This document shows positions 40,130-52,564 of a stretch of DNA of 64,000 nucleotides, in pieces; positions within the stretch are counted from its first letter, which is position 1; every line of letters starts with the position of its first letter. Origin of the DNA: Camelus dromedarius (taxonomy: Eukaryota); NCBI RefSeq assembly GCF_036321535.1, contig NC_087472.1:102178001-102242000 (forward strand), in the 5' to 3' direction. The notes beneath the pieces were generated by a model that ran no database searches, had not been told where the DNA came from, and was given only the letters and a program-made list of their open reading frames with translations. The position numbers were made by a program, and so were the translations under genes.

Positions 40130-40425
40130 CCAAGTTCAACCTGCTGCCTATTTCCATACAGTCCATGAGTTAAGAATGGGTTTTATAATTTTGAATGTTT
40201 GAAAAATATCAAAAAAAAAATTTCATGATGTGAAAATTGTGAAAGTCAAACTTCAATGTCCATAAATTCATTGAAACACAGTCGCACTCTTTTGTTTACA
40301 TATTGTCTGTGTCTGCTTTCACAGTTCAAAGGCAGAGTTGGATATTTGCAACAAAGGCCATATGGCTCACAAAGCCTAAAATATTCACCACCTAGCACTT
40401 TTCAGGAAAAGTTTGTTGACCTCTG
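40130..40425. mobile_element. MER58-like hAT-Charlie element
   Basis: catgagttaagaatgg...aaagcctaaaatattcacc...aaaagtttgttgacctctg. Confidence 0.7.
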
Positions 40426-40483
40426 TATTACACAATGCAATGGTCAGAGTAAAATGTAGTCTTATTAAAACAATAATGCATTT

Positions 40484-40787
40484 TTTATTCTTCTTTTATT
40501 GACATATAGTCAGTTTACAATGTTATGTCAATTTCTGGTGTACAGCATAATGTTTCAGTCATACATATATATACATATATTCCTTTTCATATTCTTTTTC
40601 ATTATAGGTTACTACAAGATATTGAATATAGTTCCCTGTGCTTCACAGAAGAAACTTCTTGTTTATCTATTTTATATATAGTAGTTAGTATCTGCAAATC
40701 TCAAACTCCCAATTTATCCCTTTCCACCTCCTTTCCCCTCTGGTAACCGTCAGTTTGTTTACTATGTCTGTGAGTATATTTCTGGGG
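40484..40787 (-). mobile_element. Young L1 3' UTR fragment (3' half of a SINE-L1 chimera)
   Basis: Reverse complement aligns by eye with 38130-38410 and 6980-7300. Confidence 0.9.
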
Positions 40788-41221
40788 TTTTTTTTGGGGG
40801 GGGGGGGTTAGGTGTGTTTGTTTATTTTTAACACGTTGATCTGGGTGACAGTTTGTGTTTTCTCAGGGGCCCCATCACCCAGATATGGGTGATCCATTCC
40901 TTCATACATTTAGGCAGGTTTCTACAAGTAATTTGCAACAGTTTTCAATTGTAGGAAGAAATAAAACTGTAAAGACATTGAAAAATTGGAAAAAAAATGG
41001 TTTTTCAAAACAATTCCAATTATACTGGAAAAACAAACAGATGAATGTAAGCACATATACTGTTAGCGTGTCACACTGCGGTTAAGTGAGAATTCGGGCC
41101 CCACAGGAAACACACCCAATCCACAGTGGGTGATCAACCTGTTAATGGAGGTACTGAGGATTGAACCCAAAACCACGTGCATGCTAAGCCCACATTCTGT
41201 CCCTGAGCTATACCCCACCTC
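40788..41221 (-). mobile_element. Vic-1-like SINE split in two: head 41142-41221, tail 40788-40831
   Basis: Minus strand reads ggggtatagctcagggacag...gggttcaatcctcagtacctccaTTAA [insert] TTAAaaataaacaaacacacctaacccc...aaaa, collinear with the intact copies. Confidence 0.88.
40832..41141. mobile_element. 310-bp non-autonomous piggyBac-like DNA transposon (MITE)
   Basis: TTAA at 40828-40831 and 41142-41145; termini CACGTTGATC and GATCAACCTG (9/10 inverted match); subterminal inverted repeats; no credible coding capacity. Confidence 0.8.
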
Positions 41222-42742
41222 AACAATAACACATTTAATGGGAAAATGTTTTACATTGCTTGTTTTTATTTAAATTTTAAATAATTTAAAATAAAAATTT
41301 ACTTCTTCACTCACACTAGCCACATTTCAAATAAAAGTCAGCCACATGTGGCTAGTGACTACCACATGAGATAGCACACTTAAGATGCTTTGGTAAATGT
41401 ATGAGAAGGGATTACTCAATTTTATGCTCAGGAAAACACTACAAGGCAGCTACTATTGGTATACCCCTTTTCCAGGTGAGCCATTTAAGCTCAAAACTTA
41501 AGCTCAACTTGCCTGAGGGTACACAGATGAAAACTGATAGAGCAAAGATTCAAAATTAGGTAGTCTGTTGCTAGGGCTCACACTCTTAGCTACTAGGCCA
41601 TACTGTTATCCTAAAAATTAAAATATTCTTTCTAATGCAGGTTTGAACATTCAGCCTGAAACCATGGCATTTCAGAGCTGAAAATGGTCCAAAGAAAACC
41701 TACTTGGATTATCCACATCTTACAGGTGAGATGCTAAACCCAGGAAGAGGAGGGCAGGCCTCATCTTAGTAATGCAGCAAAAACGGTGGCAGAGGTATGA
41801 CCATAACAACACTCCCGGCCTCCTGGGGCTCCCTTCTCGTCCTCCCACTACTTTTCGTTGCCTAGGCATTTACACCAGCTACTTACAAGTTAGCAAAAAG
41901 TAATGACAATGATGTTCTGTAATTCCCAAGTGAAGCTGCTCCCACACATTTTCCTAAAGTTACTATTGAAAAGCATCAGGTTGGTCTTATCAACCCAAAG
42001 CTCAGTTGATCAAAGCCTTATTATAATTGCCTACCTGTACTATCCACCAGTTAATCTGGAAAAACCTCTTGCCAATTTGGAAATGGGAAGCTAGATAGCT
42101 AGATTAGCAAGTGGAGGCTGGTGTGGGAAGGGTGATCTCGTAATTTTTTGGAGGGGTGATGATGAATTAAGTTATATTTACCCATTATCAATTTAACAAA
42201 AGGAACCCAAAAAAAACTTAGAACTGAACACATTTCATTTTATAAATAACTCACTCTTTTGTCCTAATTCTTTCTCCTTTCACTATAGACCATGCCAGAC
42301 TAACACCAGCTGAGGTACCAGTTTGATGAACACAGCCCTGGAAGCCACATGAAATCATATTATTGCACTACTGGGGTTCAGAGACTCCCAAAGGGGCTGT
42401 GGAAAAAATCAACGGATCTGTCATCTTGGATAAGAAAAAAAACTGCATCTTTATTCTCCCTACCCTAACCAAAAGTAAGCATTTCTTTCGATTATGAATG
42501 TAGGCCATGAACTGCTGTATCATCAGCAGTGCTTGTAACTTTCTCACCCACTGAAATCAGATTTTTTTATCACATTACAGTTGTTGTAGACATCCTGAGG
42601 TACTGTTTATGCTCATCACTACTTTGAAAGTATGGTAGTTATTTGGATCATAGTTAAATCTTTTATTTAATACATTAATAAAGAAGCACGCATATTGCTA
42701 CATAACAACTTTTTTAAATATCTTAGTTTTAATTTCAATATA

Positions 42743-42933
42743 CAGTTGACCGTGAACAACGTAGGATTGAAGTGTGTGAGTACATCTACACAGAGACATT
42801 TTTGAAGAGTAAATACTACAGCACTGCACGACCTGTGGTTGGTAGAATCCATGGATGCAAAGGAACCGTGGATACGGAGGGCCAACTATAAATTATACAC
42901 AAATTAACCCCCGAGTTGTTCAAGGGTCAGCTG
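42743..42933. mobile_element. Tigger2-type MITE nested in a hAT-like relic (about 42370-43050)
   Basis: TIRs CAGTTGACCGTGAACAAC and GTTGTTCAAGGGTCAGCTG, preceded by TA. Confidence 0.85.
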
Positions 42934-43721
42934 CAATTGATTTCCTTTATAATATCATGTCTTTGTATGCATTTAAAACATTACTCCAAGAAGGGTCACA
43001 GGCATCATACTGCCAAAGGGGCCCATGGCACCAAAAAGCTTCAAAACCCTACTAGACCCTGCCTGCACTTTCCCTCAGTCCTCACACCCTCTCCTGGCCA
43101 GACCTCAGAAAGGAGGAAGGTACAGCAGCTCCCAGGGCAAATGTCCGCACGTGGTTTTCTCCTTGGGAGTTCTCTACCAGCCCTCAACCATACCCCCCTT
43201 CCTTCCACCCTCCTATGTCAGCTCCCACTAGGGGAGGGGAGGGAGAAAGCTGGTGCCAATGCTGGAGGCAGGTACTCACTCTCAGAGCCCTGGAAAGGCA
43301 GAATCAGCACTTGCAGGGCTGGGGAGTGAGCACCTTGTAAAGGTATATGCCTTGGGCACCCCTTGCCTTGCCCCAGTTCAGGGCAGGTGGAACCAAATCT
43401 GTACTCAAAAGTTTAGCAAAGCTCTTGAAAATATTCCACTTGCCTTTTATTACAAGTCACTCTTAACCCTGGCTCTACATAAGAATCATCTGGGGAGCTC
43501 TAAAAACTCCCATGCTCAGGATACACCCCAGACTGACTAAATGAGAATTTCTAGGGGTGGCCCCAGGCACCTGTTTTTTGGGTTTTTTTGGGTTTTTTGC
43601 ATTTAAAGTTTTCCAGGTGATTATCAAGTAAAGACAACGCTGGACCAGGGCCTGAGAAAGATACTTCTGTAAGCGTCCCTCAGGAGTTCCAGATGAGTCT
43701 GAATTCCAACTGTCTGAGCTT

Positions 43722-43849
43722 TGGGGGGAGGGTACAGCTCAGTGGTAGAGCACATGGTTAGCATGCATGAGGTCCTGGGTTCAATCCCCAGTACCTCCAC
43801 TAAATAAATAAACTTCCCCCTGCCCCCAGCCAAAAAAAATAACAAAACT
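43722..43849 (+). mobile_element. Vic-1-like tRNA-derived SINE
   Basis: A and B boxes; perfect 14-bp TSD aactgtctgagctt at 43708-43721 and 43850-43863. Confidence 0.92.
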
Positions 43850-46189
43850 AACTGTCTGAGCTTAAAGAGTGGCAAATGATTAAGACTCACTCCCCATTCA
43901 TGCCATCCTTCCTTCATTCATTCATTCAACAAACATGCCCTGAGTGTTCACCAGGCCCTACAGTGCAGGGGTTACCAAATTCTCCTCCCTTCCCCTTAGA
44001 CTTGCAGACTGGTGAGGAAGACAAACAGAAATTAGTCCAATGTGTAAAGGAGTATTTACAAATTCTGATAAAAGTGTTATGAGGGAGCAGACGATGAGAG
44101 ACAATAAAGTAGGCAAGGGACTATCACACAGAAGCATTATCTAACAGGCCCATCCAAGGATTACCTAACTCCTGAGGGATGTGTACTTTTGTTTTAAGTT
44201 ACTATTTACTCTCGATTAGGCATTTTACAATTCGGAAAGGGTAGATATGAACTTGTAGAAAACTGTTAGCTAGCAAATACTTCTTGTCTAACAGCAATGC
44301 AAATTAATTTTATCTTGAAAAGAATATAATAACCCAGTTACAGTTTTATTGCACTGTAGGGCATTAATCAGTTTTATATGTAATTTAGCAATCTTATTCC
44401 AGCATTCTTTCTTTCCATGACTATAAATACTTCTGATTCTCCTATACTTTCTTAAAGCAGCTTTTCTACATGCTGGTTCCTTCGCTGATGAATTAATGTG
44501 ACAGGACATACTTTAGATCGGATGGTGGGGACAGTCTCGGAATCCTGCAGGAGGACGAGGAGCCACTGCGGGTAGGAGAGGGGGGAGAACCGACCGCTAG
44601 CAACCCAAGACCTTGAGATAACATGGTCTTTCCTACAGCAGGAAAGAGGTGACCCACAAATGGCTAGAAGGCCAGAGAGGCTGGAGGACAGACTACAGCA
44701 AGGAGGAGAGGTTTGAGATGAAGACAGAGAAGTAGGCAGAGACCACATTATGCAAGGCCTTACAAATCAGTGCAGAGACTTTGAATTTAGTACTATGTAC
44801 AGCAAGCAACCACTGAAGGGTTTTAAGGAGCTGGATAATATGATCTCATGGGTATTTTGAAAAGACCATGCTTATTGCTATGTGGGGAAAGAGACTGGAG
44901 AAGAGAAGAGAGGAGGCCAAGAAACCAAGGACAAACTCACTGTGGTATTCAGATGAGTGGCTGAAGGTAGCCTGGTCTAGAAGGGGCAGAGAGATGGTGG
45001 GAGCAGGCAGTGAGACTGGGGCCTCACTGGCCAGATTCTCGATGCGGTATACTGGGGAGTGAGTGAAAAGGGACAATCAAGAATGGCTTCCGGGTTCCTG
45101 GCTTAAGCAACTGTATGTGGTGGAGGTATTTAGCAAAATGGGAAAGGCTAGGGGTTAGAGGTTAACACACATACACATGGACACAGGTCACTCATGAAGG
45201 AAGGGTGGCCTCACAACTCCCTGGGTGTGATAGGGCTACCATAGTATTTCAGATTAGGCTCTCACAAAGCATTCTCTTTGACCTTCAAGGTTTGTGTCAT
45301 CAGACATTAAACTAATGGATTTCAAGCAACACATTGGTAAATGCCAAGCAGTAGCTCAAAGTTTGGCCCAATCTTGCCCTCATTCTTACACAACAATTGC
45401 TGACTGCAAATAATTATTATTTAATAAATCTTTAAATGAAGGAAGAAAATTCAGAATTAACTCTGAGTCTACAGAAATCCTCGGAGGTAAAAGGCAGCAT
45501 CAAGATTTATAAAATACAATCGAGAAAGCCTTATTGGGAAAAACGTTAATCCTTTACACAAGTGATAACTTAGGACAATCCGTGCCTCCCTCCCAACTCC
45601 AGGAAATTAGGCTGTAGATCTGAGCACAAATCTGGTAAAAGACTTCAATCTAACTGAACATAAGCAACAAATATATCAGAAGTTTATTCTTTCACACAAC
45701 AAAGCAGCTCTTAACTTCTCAAGAAGATGAAGTTGGAAGGTACCTACAATAAAGTTTAATGATCATTTACAATGGAATGGAAACTACCAGTGCCTACCAC
45801 AAATCCAAATTCAGTGAGCTATAACTTTAAACTAATCAAAGCAAGTGACTGATAGCAGTGACTGATAGACAACAAACCTGCCACTGAAATAACACTCCAT
45901 CAAGAAACCTATTTCAAGGAAATTAATTGTGTAATATCAAGGGATGCTTTTGGGGTCAGGTTTTTTTTTTCCATTCAGAAAACATTTCAGGATTACAGAT
46001 TATAGAGTAGGCACCTTGCTAAACAGAAAGAATAATCAAGAAGCTACTCTGCATAGCAATAAAGAGCATGGGAACTGAAGGCTAAGCTCCTGGCTCCAAA
46101 CTCTAACCTTACAATCTTAGGCAAGTTACCCAACCCCCTGAACTTCAATTTCCACATCTGTAAGACAGGGAGAATAACAGTACGGGGGC

Positions 46190-46590
46190 AGAGACTTCCA
46201 GTGTTCACCTACAGCCAGTTCTCCTCTCCGGGCAGGCCCAGGAGGGAATTACATCTCCCTCAGTCTGCTCTGCAGTTCAGCAGATCCACGTGACAAGTTC
46301 TGGCCAACGCACTGTGAGCAGCAGTAACCTGATACAGGTCAGGCCAATGCATTTAACTGCTAGACTGAGAGATGATTTCTCCATGGTGGCAATTACAGGA
46401 ACAGGTGCTGTGTTGGAGGTGCCACAGGATAAAGCAGCCAGGATCATGTAGGCCCCACAGCGAGGGCAGCTGCCCTGGAGGATCACCCTGACCCACCGCA
46501 AAGCAGGAAGCGAGCCTTTGTTTGGTTATGGCACTGAGATTTCAGTGGTGATTGTTATCACAGCTCATCCTAGGCAGTACAAACTGACAT
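46190..46590 (+). mobile_element. Old MLT1-type LTR interrupting a MIR
   Basis: gtgacaagttctggccaa core and ctgagatttc...ttgttatcacagc end; MIR-like sequence on both sides (46070-46180 and 46590-46670). Confidence 0.6.
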
Positions 46591-47606
46591 GAGTATCTAA
46601 TTTAGGTAGATGTTCTGAGGACTAAATGAGACAGTGTCTGGCACATACTAAGCCTTTAATAAAGATTAGCAAGATGATCACGGCCTCTTGAGGGTTTGTG
46701 TAAAAGGGCTTCGTTCCCCCTAGTCAAGCTAGCAGAATCTTCTCAGCTATTTGGAATTGTCCTACAAGGTTACTGTGTACTAACCATGAATCCTGAACCC
46801 ACTCTGAGGCCCACCAGGGACTTCACAGGACAGGCAGAAAGAGGTGAGCAATTTTTATCTCAAAAAGAGAAAGAGGAAAAAGTTCCTACATAGCTGTGTC
46901 AACAGAGGAAAGTAATTCATTTCAGACTGACTTAACAGAAAACCTCAGCACATCCAATGAATAATCACCTTCTTCATACAGCTTTGTAAAACGAGTGAGT
47001 ACTGGAGCAGTACAAATGAAGCTAAGAGTTTACAGTTTTGTTTTTTGTTTAAGTTTGTGGAAAATGCTCAAGTATATGGTGCATTGGGGGCAGGGACAGC
47101 AAGGTAAGAAAATGTTAAATCAAAACTTTGACAATATAAATTTATTCTGCCAAAATTTTGGTAGCCCCAAAGTACTTAATAATCATCAGAATAGTGCTTT
47201 GGGAATTGGAGGATTATAAGATGATCATATCTGATGTGACTGGCACATAGAACCTTAAAAAACTTTAGATTCCTCAAATGGAAAATTAAACTGAGTGTTA
47301 TTATTTTGCCACAGGCTCTAGAATTCCTGCCCTGATCTTTTCCTGCTAAAGAACAAAATCTACTTTAACTGCAAGTCAGTTAAAAGGAACTAATCTCAGG
47401 TCACTCTCTGAAATTTTTTCCCATTTAAAAAAGAAAAAAAAAACTATAATACCTGATAAATTTTATTTTATTAAAAAAAAGAGTTGGAAGAAGAAAGGAG
47501 AAATTCCACAAATGCTTATAGAACAGGCCTTAAACCCACTAAAAATGGTTCTCATAAACAAGAAGCCTGTCATGGATAATAAAATGTATAAATGGGAGAT
47601 ACTTAC

Positions 47607-47730
47607 CACATTTAATACTCTCTATCCTCACAGGGAGGCCAGACTGTGCTGCAGCGATTAATTTCAAGGCAACGTAAAACTGTGTTGGACCAAAATAACC
47701 AACCCGCTTGGCACCGCACAGTTCTGTGAT
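47607..47730 (-). CDS. REPS2: REPS2 exon 2 (C-terminal part of the N-terminal EH-like domain)
   Basis: Acceptor ttgcag|ATC, donor TGTG|gtaagt; 124 bp; [41 protein letters not shown]+G. Confidence 0.96.
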
Positions 47731-49526
47731 CTGCAAACAGACAAGAAAAGGGATGCTGAACACGCCATTCTATAACAGGAAAATGAGACAAAATAGATTA
47801 TGAAATCTTAAGGATTTCACAGAGTAACTAACCAAAACGTCCCTGGAGAACCTATGTGTACATGCTGGTTGGTGTCTTTTTCCTCCAGTTTACAGGGACA
47901 TTTTCAATTTGGATAATTCAATTCTACCTACTCATGATGTTTCAGGACTGAGTGATTATTTCTCCTCTTTCAAAGATAAAAATAAAGGTGACAAAGGATG
48001 GCTATTAATCTTCTTATAAAGGAGAGCAATTTTTTCAGGGGGTGGATTCTAATGTACAAAGTCTAGAAAGTCACCAGAGTGAAGAGAACAGATTAGTCAT
48101 TATCACTATTTGTGGATTATCCTAGTTGATTGAAATTAAAAGTGAATTCATTACTTTTAAAGTTTTCAGGCAATATGATTTCTTAAGCATTAAAATTACA
48201 ACTTGAGTGCTCACTTCAGAGAAACAAAAAAGAAGTACTAGACACACAAATATTATCAAGATGTTGAAATCGTTATTGGTAGTTTAAAAATAACAAATCA
48301 AATAGTCAATGACTTTTTTAAAGTTATTTCAAAGTAACAGATATTCAAAAGTTCAAATAATAGTAAGTGGGCTGAAGAACTAAAAAGCACCCCCACTTTC
48401 TATGCCCCAGAAGAAAACACTGTATTCTTCTACAAATGTTCTCTGCATATATATAGCACACACCTGTGTTTTTCCTGTTGTTTATTCAAACCTTGTACAA
48501 ATAGAATACCACATACTCTTTTGCAACTTGTTTTTCATTTAGCATTATCCCTTGAATATTTTTCTCTAACAGCACAGTTCAAATTACTGCATTATTTTAA
48601 CAACTGTATAATATTCTGCTGTAAAGATACACTGAGGGGTTTTTTATTATTACTATTAGTTGGTTCTTACGGATGGACTTTTAGATTTCCAATAGTTAAA
48701 TATTAGAAGTACTTTCAGAACAAACTATAAACAGCCACTAAGTAATCTTAATAAAATTTCAACTAAGATGTCAGCAAAAAATGGCACAATAAGGGCCTCC
48801 AAAATTTCTCTCCTCCATGAGAGCAATGAGAGACCAACTAAAAATGGACAGAACTCTGGAAATTAACCAAAAACTTGCAGCAATCCAGGAGTGTTTATTC
48901 CAGAAAAACAGTAGAATCTCAGGAAGAACAGTGAGCTTTGTGGCATTTTAACTGGTCTTCCTCCCATTCTCCCCGACCCCAATTCTGAGTATTTCCACCG
49001 TACTGCAGGCAGGGAGATTGGCAGCCACAGGAGGAGACAGGGCAGGGCTGGGCTTCTTGGAGATGAAGACCAGTGTTTGTCATCAAATTGGGATCGTTTT
49101 CAGTCATTATTTCTTCAAATATTTTTCTGTCCCTCTCTCTGTTTCTCCTTCTGGTACTTCTGGTATTTGCAATATCCCACAGTCTCCTCTCCTGGCCCTA
49201 GACTAGGAGCTGGGGTCAGGGGAGTGAGTCCTGTTTTCTTGACTATACCCACCAAGAACAGAGCCTCCATCATATGGAACTAGTGGAGGTGGGGAGGGGA
49301 TGAGGTCATGGCTCAAATGCTGCTGGCTCACTGTTCTTAGGAAGATTTAGTAGATTTTCTCAAATGTTTCTCCGTTTACTGGATGTCTTCAGATCACTTT
49401 CCAGAGGCTTTAAATGATTATCCTTTATAATTTTTACCACTTAAAAGGTTGTTTCACTGCGAAGAGGGTCTGCTGAGTTTCTCACACTGCCATTCCAAAA
49501 GTCTCAACCCTCCCAGATTCATTCTT

Positions 49527-49982
49527 TAATGTATATTTTTTTTGAAGTATAGTCTGTTTACAATGTTCTGTCAATTTCTGGTGTACAGCACTTCAGTCAT
49601 ACATGAATATACATATATTCATTTTTCATATTCTCTTTCACCATAAGTTACTACAAGATATTGAATATAGTTCCATGTGCTATATAGTATAAACTTGTTG
49701 TTTATCTATTTTTATATATTAATTAGTATCTGCAAATCTCAAAATCCCAACTTATCCCTTCCCATCCCCTTCACCCCAACCGTAACCACAGTTTTGTTTT
49801 CTATGTCTGTGAGTCTGTTTCTGTTTTGTAAATAAGTTTGCTTTTTTCTTTTTTTAAGATTCCATAAATAAGTGATATCATATGGTATTTTTCTTTCTCT
49901 TTCTGGCTTACTTCCCTTAGAATGACATTCTCCTGGTCCATCCATGTTGCTGCAAATGGCATTATTTTATTATTTTTTTATG
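49527..49982 (-). mobile_element. Young 5'-truncated L1 3' end
   Basis: Same L1 3' UTR family; perfect 15-bp TSD cccagattcattctt at 49512-49526 and 49983-49997. Confidence 0.92.
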
Positions 49983-50259
49983 CCCAGATTCATTCTTGAG
50001 TGGAGAAGCAATAGAATGTTAGGTAAAGAGAACAGCTCTTGGAGTAATGCCTTGGGTGTGAATCCTGGCCCGAGCACTAGTCAGCTGTCTGTCTAACCTA
50101 AGGCAAGTTACTCAATTCTTGTGCCTCAGTCTCCCCATTAGTGTAAACAGGTGCTTACTTCATGAAGGCTAAAGTAGCAGTGCCGACAGTAGTGTCCATT
50201 CAATAAACACACCACTGTGTAATCTGTTGGTCTACTTGTTTGTTTTGTTCCCATTCCAG

Positions 50260-50425
50260 GTGTATATTAGAATAACCTGAGAAGCTTTTGAAAAATAGAG
50301 GTATCTAGACTCCACCCCTAAAACCTCTGCTTTAACTGGTCAGTGGAGTGGCCCAGGCACTGGTATTGTTGTAAAGCTCTCAAAGTAATTCTAGAGTGCA
50401 GCCAAGGTTGAGAATCACTGCTCTG
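50260..50425. mobile_element. MER5-like MITE (a similar one lies at about 43460-43650)
   Basis: attagaataacctgagaagctttt...gtgcagccaaggttgagaatcactgc. Confidence 0.65.
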
Positions 50426-51267
50426 GTAATTTCATTCTCTCTCCAGGCTTCAATGACCATCCAAATGCTAACGATCACAAAATCACTCTCCAAACCTAAC
50501 ATCTCAGACACTGCATGCATTTTTCCAAAATCCTCCTGGGCATCTCAAGGTGGATACCCTAAGCCATCTGAGACATAACATAAACAAACCTAACTCATGT
50601 GCCCCTCTCACATATCCTTGAACCTGCTGGTCTTCCAGCAGCCCTCACCTCACTGCTGACATCAACTACTCCACATTCAAGTCAGAAACTTACCTTCAAT
50701 GCCAACCATATCCAGTTGATTCTACCACAGAATCATCTCCCAAATCAAGGCTATCTTCTCCCTTGCCACTACTTTAATCCTTCCTAATATCTCACCTGGC
50801 CACTGTGACACTTGTTTTTTTTAACAGAATTCACACATTTAACCATACAGGGGCAGGTTTCCTTTTTAACTTTTTTTTTAAACTTTATTCCAGTAGTAAG
50901 TGTTCTTCTCTCAACAAAAGGGACAGGCACTAAACCTGAGAAAGGGAAAGAACTCCTAAGTTTGACTTTCGGGTAACAGTGTAACAGTTTTCCTCAAGGG
51001 TGCAAGTAGGATGGATCAATACTTATTATCAGAATTTGCTTCTAGAAGAAATGTTGCTCTTGAAACTTAAAAAACTTTTTTCTACTAATTATATATTTAG
51101 CTATTTATTCATATAGAAAAGCATAATATACAAAGAGAAAAGCATTCTTCCAAATTGTCTAGTGAAATTGTGGTTCATTCATTTTTGTTGTTATTCAGCA
51201 CTTGTGTAAATACATCACAAATCATTTATCCTTCTGCCAGTGGACATTTGTATGGTTTCCAGTTTGG

Positions 51268-51502
51268 GTATGAGGATAGGGAGTACTGAAAGTTCCAACC
51301 CTCTTATCACCTGGTCGGTTGCCCAGGAACCTGCCTCCAACGCTGTTACCTAGGGGCTCCCCGCCCAAGTTGCCTCATTAACATAACAAAAGGCACCTTT
51401 ATTGCTCTGACCACAGCAAATTCCAAGGGTTTTTGGAGTTCGGTGCCAGGAACTGGGTTGAAGACCAAATACATACTTCTTATTGTAAGTCACAACATCA
51501 CA
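51268..51502 (+). mobile_element. MER21-like ERVL LTR fragment
   Basis: ctgaaagttccaaccctct...aattccaagggtttt...gaagaccaaata...cacaacatcaca. Confidence 0.6.
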
Positions 51503-52564
51503 ATAGACCATTTGTATGTAACTGATTCTCTACTAGACTAAGCTTCATGAAATAGGGAGATGAATGTCTTGCGCATTGGTTCCTTTCCCTGCCATATTGT
51601 TTATGCTTAATAAATAGTGGTTCAATAAATAATTTTCTTGAACCAGTCTCTCCTCAGCTCATCTTCCAATTCCAGTTCATCCTCCATAGTGCCTGCATAT
51701 CTACCTTTCAAAAGCTGGCAATACTGCTCTCCTGCTTAAAGATATCTCAGTCTGGATTCCTACCACCTTCAGGACAAAACCCTATCTTCTTAGTACAACA
51801 TTCAAGTTCCTTCACAATCCCGCTCTGAGCAGCTTTTCTATTTCATCTCTGGACACACACACGCACACCATTCTGTAGCTGCATTCAGCTTCTCCTGCTT
51901 TCCCAAACACATCTTGCTCTTTTACATTTCTCTACCTAGTGTACATGGTACAGAAGATGGGGAACTAAATAGTCTTAAAGTCAAGGTTAGTCGGGGTGAA
52001 ATCTAGTTTCCTTGTATGTAAAATATTATCTCTCTCATCAGACTATGAGGGAAAAAATGTACTAAATGAACCCAATATAATGCTTAGCAACGTTCAAGAA
52101 TTTCTGGGTTCCATCCCATTCACCTAGAATTGGAACACCCTCCCTCCCCACTAGATTAAACTCAAATGTTACTGCTCTGTAGCTCCTTCCCCAGTCCCCA
52201 CTTATAGTCTATTTTCCTAGTGTATTCTCTGACTACTCAAATGTCTATAAATGTCTATCACATGATACATTATTGCCTTTGATTTGCTTCAAAATAAAAG
52301 TGGGGAAGGGAGTAAGTAGAGAGTATGGGTGAAATAAGCATGAAAAAGAGTTGAATATTACTCAAATTCCGTGCTGTGTACTTTTGTTTGAAATTCCTCA
52401 TGTTCAAGATTTTTAATATCTATTTCAGCACACTGTATATTATAATTATCTGTTTATCTCTGCCTCCCATTAAAACGTCTTCTCTCCAAGGGCAAGGGGT
52501 AACTTCCATTCATCTCCCAACATAAGGATAGGCACCCAGGATACAATCTAAAAATTCTCAATCA

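Larger units (their letters stand above)
576..47730 (-). other. REPS2: REPS2 gene body, span of coding exons 2-8; the gene continues beyond both window edges
   Basis: Seven exons (124, 149, 127, 98, 136, 64, 143 bp) with compatible phases splice into a continuous peptide [19 protein letters not shown]...[12 protein letters not shown], which I recognise as REPS2/POB1. Exon numbering assumes the human gene structure. Confidence 0.96.

Noticed and set aside
50860..51085. Possible retroposed mRNA 3' end (T run next to TTTATT)
   Set aside because: AATAAA lies only about 4 nt from the A run, there is no convincing TSD, and I recognise no parent transcript.
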